A stretch of DNA of 5,389 nucleotides, taken from Paraspadella gotoi. Lineage: Eukaryota > Animalia > Chaetognatha. Location: NCBI GenBank assembly GCA_051294375.1, contig JBJCIZ010000755.1, forward strand, positions 1 through 5,389, read 5' to 3'. Under the pieces are notes generated by a model. That model was not told the DNA's origin. It worked only from the letters and a program-made list of their open reading frames with translations, and ran no database searches. This document shows positions 1-5,389 of the stretch, in pieces (the first letter of the stretch is position 1; each line of letters opens with the position of its first letter). The position numbers were made by a program, and so were the translations under genes.

Positions 1-249
1 TTAGATAAAAAAAATGGAATGAAATTACATTACGGATTTCTCATTTAATATTTAAAGAATCCAGATTTTTTCCCTTTTTTCGTTAGAGAAGACGCGAAGG
101 GCGATGAAACGTCGTCGATCTGAGCTGGAGAATAAATAGGCGAGGATGCGAGATTTCTCGATCAATGGAGATTATGTACTAGTTGATGAATTCGATCAGA
201 AAGATGAGAAATCGCTAGAGCTACGGAGAAAACAATGAGCGGCGCTATT

Positions 250-859
250 GCATCACGCATAAAATGGGATATATTTTTTTGCAATCTAGTAAACAAAAAT
301 ATTTTGGAATCTTCTTTACAGTTTTTTTAAATTTCAGATTTTTTTTTTAAATTTTTTTTCCTTAATTTTTTTTTAAACAATTAATTCCTAATTACTATTG
401 CATAAAAAGGTTTTTATTAAATAATTCATACAAAATATCGAGATTGGTTTATTTTATTAAACATTGCATTCGAAATTCAAATGGTAAGATGGTAAGAAAG
501 AGTAAGTAAGAATAAGGAGAGAGAGAGAGAGAGAGAGAAAGAAAAGAATAGAGACTCTCAAAAAAAATCTAAAATTTATGATAAAAAGACAGATGTTATC
601 GAAAAAGAAAATAAAAACAACTAAATAAGTTCTCAAGGATTTTCAAGAAGACTTCTCATTTGTGCGGGCCATACCGTGAGACATATCCATGAATTTCAGT
701 AACCAGTTGGAAGGTCTTTTCATCCTCATGAATTCGCCGTATGCGAATGAAAAATTTGTTCAGGGAAAATTAATAAAATGAAGAAAAGATAACTGAAATT
801 GCGAATTCCAATTCGGTAAACTATTCTTTTTCGGTTTTACCCCATTTTATGCGTGATGC
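250..859. mobile_element. 610-bp segment bounded by a perfect 19-bp inverted repeat (MITE-like)
   Basis: gcatcacgcataaaatggg (250-268) is the exact reverse complement of cccattttatgcgtgatgc (841-859). The interior is AT-rich with no long ORF. No target-site duplication is seen. Confidence 0.5.
517..538. repeat. (GA)11 microsatellite
   Basis: Read directly from the sequence. Confidence 0.95.
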
Positions 860-867
860 GCCTGAGT

Positions 868-1101
868 NNNNNNNNNNNNNNNNNNNNNNNNNNNNNNNNN
901 NNNNNNNNNNNNNNNNNNNNNNNNNNNNNNNNNNNNNNNNNNNNNNNNNNNNNNNNNNNNNNNNNNNNNNNNNNNNNNNNNNNNNNNNNNNNNNNNNNNN
1001 NNNNNNNNNNNNNNNNNNNNNNNNNNNNNNNNNNNNNNNNNNNNNNNNNNNNNNNNNNNNNNNNNNNNNNNNNNNNNNNNNNNNNNNNNNNNNNNNNNNN
1101 N
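868..1101. other. Assembly gap (234 N)
   Basis: Run of N; the three ORFs spanning it are artefacts. Confidence 0.99.
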
Positions 1102-1600
1102 CATTTTATTACAGGTCGATTGACGAAATTTTTTTAAGAAAGAGAAAAAAAAATATTTGTTTTGAACAGCGAAGGCACGAGACGGGTTGCATAGTTTTTA
1201 CGAGGCATATCTTTGTACAATACCATAGTAAAAACTATAACTATTATGGACGACACCACACCGTTGAAGTGGCCAAATATTATATATTCTCTCTCTCTTT
1301 ACCAACGATATATCGTTAAAATTTTAAGGACACACGGTCATTTTTTTATATAACACTTTTTATATAACACTCTTGAATGTCGCCTAAAATCATGTCTCTA
1401 ATAAAACATTTTCCGTTTCTTCACTATTTTCTTTTATTATTTTCTTAGTTTTATATTTGAATCTTCCCAGATCTGTGCTAAAATTTTAATAACAATATTT
1501 TTTTCCTGAATGACGTGAAGGATAATACTTTAAATCCTTTAATAATTTTCGATACTAATCATATCCATGGTATATCCTTTTGTTTCGTTGTTATATAGAG

Positions 1601-1716
1601 ATTTACAAAGAATTTTTGAATTGTTACAACGATTTTATTATTAGAAATGCAGACATGTTTCAACTCTGAGATTTTCGAGTCTTCATCAGCGCTTATTGGC
1701 AGTTGTGAGTAATGGT
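1601..1716 (-). repeat. Dispersed direct repeat copy A (hammerhead-bearing; PLE pseudo-LTR/3' end-like)
   Basis: Aligns by eye to 5146-5262 from atttacaa to aatggt with about 10 differences (~90% identity). A GA-rich tract follows on the + strand (1737-1749). Confidence 0.9.
1645..1697 (-). ncRNA. Minimal type I hammerhead ribozyme (PLE/retrozyme-type), copy A
   Basis: Minus strand reads GCG-CUGAUGA-A-GACUC-GAAAAUCUCA-GAGUU-GAAA-C-AU-GUC-UGC. Core CUGAUGA is 1689-1683, followed by one extra A. Stem II is GACUC/GAGUU (1681-1677/1666-1662, G-U at the base), GAAA is 1661-1658, stem III contains the palindrome ACAUGU, and the GUC triplet is 1654-1652. Proximal stem I is GCG/UGC. Predicted cleavage is between 1652 and 1651. 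Confidence 0.75.
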
Positions 1717-2389
1717 ATAATTTGTGAGTTAAAGAAAGAGAGAGAGAGATTTAAGGTTATCCCTATTTTAAAATTAAATGTCTCACAATTTCAATAACAT
1801 GACATGAAAAAACGTTATCGCCTCCATGCATAACTTGGCTTATTTCTATTAAACCACGAGGTTGGTGAAGCTGGGCGGTGCGCGTGGGTAGTGTTTACTT
1901 CGTCTGGGGTGTGGGCAGGGTCAGATTGTTTAGCGTTCGAGGGCGAGAGGGGTCTAACTGCTTCTAGCGCTCATCAGAGTCTCTCACCACCTTTTTCACT
2001 TTCGTTCTAAGTGTACCGGAATCATGAGCAATTCGAGTGGTTGTGGCGGCCACACCTCCTTGTCTCTTTATCGAGTCTTCCTTGGTGACCGCTCGCTGTA
2101 CTGGCGGGTTTTTGCCTCGTCTTCTTGCTACCACTCACAATATCAGCGTTCGTTTCAGATAACTCTTGTCAAAACCTCTTTGACGGAGACGACGCGAACG
2201 TTAGTCTACCGCGGGCCGAAGAAGAGTTAGCAATCTAAATCCCTACACCACCTGCCTGACTCGCGTATGATTAACGATTACGAGTGTTCTGTATCTTGAC
2301 TAACCTCATTTTTATATATTAATAAATATCGTGATGATAGCAGCACGCAGAGAATAGAGATGAGGAGAGAAAGAAAGTCAGCTAATTAG

Positions 2390-2550
2390 GCCGTTCCAAG
2401 CTTAATGGACGGACAGACGGATGACGGACAAATTCTTCTTATGACAAAATCTTTTCATATATTCGAGGTGTTCTGAGATGGGGATGTAGAGGTGTGGTGA
2501 GAAGTCTGTTTGTGTCAAATTGCCGACTATATTCTCTCTCGTGCCTATGT
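2390..2550. mobile_element. Fragment of a GTCY-microsatellite-bearing non-autonomous element (DINE-1/Helentron-associated-like)
   Basis: ggacggacagacggatgacggaca at 2407-2430 is (GTCY)n on the minus strand, a hallmark of DINE-1/HINE-type elements. Termini were not identified, so the boundaries are approximate. Confidence 0.35.
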
Positions 2551-2619
2551 GGTGATGACGGCCACTCCCCATAACGTCTCCCACCTTTCTGACTGTTTCT
2601 AACTTCCTGCAGATATACG

Positions 2620-3153
2620 AAGAGGGAATGGGACGGACGTGTGTGTGGGTGAGTTTATCAAGGAAACTTATGATAGTATAACGATGAGTGACATGCGAGG
2701 AAAGCCCGGTGGATAAACGTATCTAAAAACAGGACATGAAAAAGATGTTCTCAGTTTCGGGATCTCAAAAGGTCAACGTATTGGAAATAGCTGTGAACAT
2801 GGTTTGACGTGGAGCAGAGCAAGAGTGAAGGGCCGGTCAAACTCGAGATAACTAAGAGGGAGGAATGAGGAGATGGAGGGAGAGCAGAGGAAGAGAGCAG
2901 GGAGCATTGTCGTACAAAGTGACTACAACAAGAGTGAATGGGGTGGACGACTGTTCAGACCGACAAATGAATTATGGGGAAGCCTAATCAAATCTAAAGG
3001 GGAACTGCTAGCGCCGTCTCAGGATAATCCTAAATTAATAAAGAATAAAAAACAGAGTCTGATGCAGTACGTGTCATATCAGTATGTAGTCAACTAGTCA
3101 TTCATGTCGCGCCAATGTCGCGTCAAGTCCCGTAATAATAATAATAATAATAA
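2620..3153 (+). mobile_element. Degenerate 3' end of a non-LTR retrotransposon (RTE-like) ending in a (TAA)n tail
   Basis: Fragments from different frames occur in collinear order: DSITMSDMRGKPG (2672-2710), WFDVE (from 2800), MEGEQRKR (from 2873), DDCSDR (from 2946) and WGSLI (from 2975). They resemble the RTE ORF C-terminal pattern DRIRN..IR / RWFGHV / EG.R.RGRP..RW / DA.DR..WR..I. A (TAA)7 tail follows at 3133-3153. Confidence 0.4.
3133..3153 (+). repeat. (TAA)7 microsatellite / retroposon tail
   Basis: Read directly; it sits at an abrupt switch from GC-richer to AT-rich sequence. Confidence 0.95.
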
Positions 3154-3359
3154 AACCGATCTTGTTAAATTAAAATTTTTATTTTATAATAAGAAATCAA
3201 AGATTTTTAAAATTTAAAACATAAACCAAAATGTAATTTAGTTCTAACTACTATAAACTCTGCGCGAAATTTTGATAAAAAATAAGATGATTAATTTTTT
3301 TAATAAAGAAATGAAAGTCTTTTAAAAGTATGCTACTTGAACGAGAAAACTTTGATAAA

Positions 3360-3920
3360 GAAATTAAGGGGACATTGTGCCAAAGATGGATGGACAGACA
3401 ACAAATAAAATTAAGATATATTTTAATGTTGGTGTATACATGTGATATATTCAGCTGCACTAAACAAAAAAATCTCAGCCAGCATTGTTTGAATCGATTA
3501 AAGTACATAAAATAGTGGTAGAGGCGCAGATTTTATAAAGATGTATTCACCCTTCAAGCAGTAATTTGCAAAGATTAATCCATGAAAATGTGAGCGCCCC
3601 TGAAAAAATAATGTCAGTTGCGTCAGCAGCATTGTTTGATCGATTAAAGTACGTAAATAGTGGTAAGAGGCGCAGATGGTAATAAAGATTATTCATCCTC
3701 AAGTAGTCGTCAAGATAGCCATGAAAAGTGAGCGACACCCTGATAAAAAATGTCACTGCGTCATGCAGGCATTGTTTGTATCGATTAAAGTATCATAATA
3801 ATGTGTGTAGAGGCGACAGATTTTATAAAGATTATCCCCTTCAAGCAGTCTGTGCAAATATAATCCATAAAAATGTGACTGCACCTGATAAAAAAAGTCA
3901 ATGCATTTAATCCTTTATTC
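3360..3920 (-). pseudogene. Possible frameshifted leucine-rich-repeat coding remnant
   Basis: The ~72-bp (24-codon) sub-period fits an LRR. With frameshift correction the minus strand gives FHGL.NLCKLLLEG.NNLYKI, resembling LxxLxLxxNxL. The adjacent ORF 3251..3508 contains LVQLNISH and IHLWHNVP. There is no continuous open frame, so this is inference. Confidence 0.25.
3452..3905. repeat. Tandem array, ~3.2 copies of a ~140-147 bp unit with ~72-bp internal subunits
   Basis: Units beginning cag(g)cattgtttg..tcgattaaagta start at 3480, 3627 and 3766. A partial unit end (ctgcac...aaaaaa.tc) lies at ~3452-3479. Copies differ mostly by 1-2 bp indels. Confidence 0.92.
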
Positions 3921-4651
3921 TTTGGAAAAACAAAATTGCATTTATGAATAAATGTAAAGGCCTTTTATTCCAGATTTGTTTTACCACTCGCAACCAGCAC
4001 CTCCTCTAAACATATGGAGCGAAAGCACTCCCGTACAAGTCATGTCAAGATTCTACTTACAATTGCTACTGATAAATAACATTTGAACCTAGTGTGTATT
4101 AGCCAAACTAATAAAAAGTATTTTTATAAATTTCTTTTAGTTTATTTTCCAGATTAATAGCATGTGAAAAATAATTTTTGGATCTTTCTAAAAAAAGGCT
4201 ACCTTCTGAGTAGTGCATCAATCAAAATAATATTACCCAACTTTCATATCATATGCTATTCATTTATTAATGCTATAATTAATATTATGAATAAGTATTA
4301 TGAATATAAATTTACTAGTTTAAATATTCTGTACAGAAAAAATCCTCCAGGATGTAGCCACACCAATAATTTTTGAAACAGCTAAATATTTTATGTGGAG
4401 CTATTAAATTTGTCAATAAAATTTTGTAAAAAACACTTTGTGGTTCAAACTAATGTCAGAAGCTATAGTCTTCAACATAATGGCTACTCATATCTCCAGC
4501 AGATTGCTGGTGAACTGTTGTTAAAGCTCAGAGATGTAGTTGAGACTTAAAATTAAAAAGAAATAACTTAATACATATTACGGCAGCTGGTTTGATTTGG
4601 AGGAGACACTAAAATGCTCTCAGTGTTTAGACACAATGAATTAATGATGTG

Positions 4652-4814
4652 CAAGGTGTGCCAAAAATCCTCAAGCTACCGGTAGCGCTAAGTGTGTTGT
4701 TGGAAGCGAGAGATTGATGAGCGATTGGTAGGAAACACTATTATTTTAGGCCTCACAAATTATGTTAGATGTTCTATTGAGATATTTGAAACTTGAAAAA
4801 TTTGGCACACCCTA
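4652..4814. mobile_element. ~163-bp MITE-like element with imperfect ~23-bp terminal inverted repeats
   Basis: caaggtgtgccaaaaatcctcaag (4652-4675) matches the reverse complement of 4792-4814, tagggtgtgccaaatttttcaag, with an 11-bp perfect core ggtgtgccaaa. No clear TSD. Confidence 0.45.
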
Positions 4815-5145
4815 GCCTTGCCTGTCTGTGATTCCTGTACCTTCCATGTACTTAAATATGTATATGAAGTTATTTTTTTTTAAATGTAAAGTCGTATTTT
4901 GAATATTTACGTTTTAAAGTTTAAACCGCACTACAATATGCAAATGAGATTAAAGACAAATGATTTCTCAATATAAATTGAAATATGGCAAATTAAATTA
5001 AAAATCTGCATTGTCTTATCTCAACAGTATAGTATTTATTTGTACATACAGTAGTAACTCTTAAAATTTATATTTTTTTGGAAAAGATATAAATAAACAA
5101 ATATTCTAATTATAAAACGATTCCGTCTCCATCAATATGATTAGT

Positions 5146-5262
5146 ATTTACAAGAATTTTTGGAATTGTTGAACAATTTTATTATTAGAAATGCAGACAT
5201 GTTTCGACTCTTGAGATTTTCGAGTCCTTCATCAGCGCTTATTGACAGTTGTGAATAATGGT
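5146..5262 (-). repeat. Dispersed direct repeat copy B (hammerhead-bearing; PLE pseudo-LTR/3' end-like)
   Basis: Same orientation as 1601-1716 and ~90% identical. It is also followed by a GA-rich tract (~5312-5331). Confidence 0.9.
5189..5243 (-). ncRNA. Minimal type I hammerhead ribozyme (PLE/retrozyme-type), copy B
   Basis: Minus strand reads GCG-CUGAUGA-AG-GACUC-GAAAAUCUCAA-GAGUC-GAAA-C-AU-GUC-UGC. Core is 5235-5229, stem II is a perfect GACUC/GAGUC (5226-5222/5210-5206), GAAA is 5205-5202 and GUC is 5198-5196. There are two extra nucleotides after A9. Predicted cleavage is between 5196 and 5195. Confidence 0.75.
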
Positions 5263-5389
5263 TAGTATATTGAATAAGTGGTGAAAAAGAAGTGAAATTT
5301 GGTGAAGGGTTAGAGAGAGAGGAGACGAGAGTTTCTTTAATTTTTTATATTGTTGTACATTGCTCAAATGTATGTATGTTTATTCTCTC

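Noticed and set aside
86-238. Coding-looking stretch EKTRRAMKRRRSELENK*ARMRDFSINGDYVLVDEFDQKDEKSLELRRKQ after a possible ttag acceptor
   Set aside because: It has an in-frame stop, is short, matches no recognisable family and has no clear donor site.
847-1319. Three ORFs in the supplied track spanning the N run
   Set aside because: They are open only because N codons contain no stops.
1925-1985. Third CUGAUGA (minus strand, tcatcag at 1971-1977) as a hammerhead
   Set aside because: No stem II closed by GAAA and no stem III or NUH triplet follow.
2295-2310. ctaacct as a TTAGG telomerase RNA template
   Set aside because: A 7-nt match is expected by chance, with no supporting promoter, terminator or structure.
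2402-2584. Minus-strand 60-aa ORF (HIGTREN...SEH) as a GIY-YIG remnant
   Set aside because: It lacks the GIY/VY motif, the cysteines and the R..EH spacing, and it overlaps a GTCY microsatellite.
3480-3905. CRISPR array interpretation of the tandem repeat
   Set aside because: The whole ~142-bp unit is repeated with no unique spacers, the context is eukaryotic-like and there are no cas genes.
4164-4550. Short ORFs (70 aa at 4164-4376 and an ATG-less ~54-codon frame at 4386-4550)
   Set aside because: They have AT-biased low-information composition or no recognisable domain, and no coherent exon structure.
4712-4745. UUGAUGAG...GAAAC on the + strand as a variant hammerhead
   Set aside because: The intervening bases do not form stem II, and stems I and III cannot be paired.
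5154-5165. Sm-site-like AATTTTTGG (also AATTTTTGA at 1611) suggesting an snRNA or SL RNA
   Set aside because: The motif is common in AT-rich DNA, no leader or snRNA homology is seen, and the opposite-strand hammerhead explains the repeat better.

Overview
AT-rich, repeat-rich eukaryotic genomic DNA, probably from an invertebrate (inferred from composition, microsatellites and repeat types). It has a 234-N assembly gap at 868-1101 and no convincing intact protein-coding gene. The main signal is a ~116-bp direct repeat at 1601-1716 and 5146-5262. On the minus strand each copy carries a minimal type I hammerhead ribozyme: CUGAUGA core, 5-bp stem II, GAAA, a tiny palindromic stem III (ACAUGU) and a GUC cleavage triplet. 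This is the form associated with Penelope-like elements (PLEs) and retrozymes. The predicted cleavage sites are 3544 nt apart. Between them lie a GC-richer unexplained block, a GTCY-microsatellite (DINE-1/Helentron-like) fragment, a probable decayed RTE-type LINE 3' end with a (TAA)7 tail, a ~142-bp x3 tandem array built from ~72-bp subunits that may be a broken LRR-coding tract, and a small inverted-repeat element. A second inverted-repeat-bounded segment lies at 250-859. All alignments and folds were done by eye.
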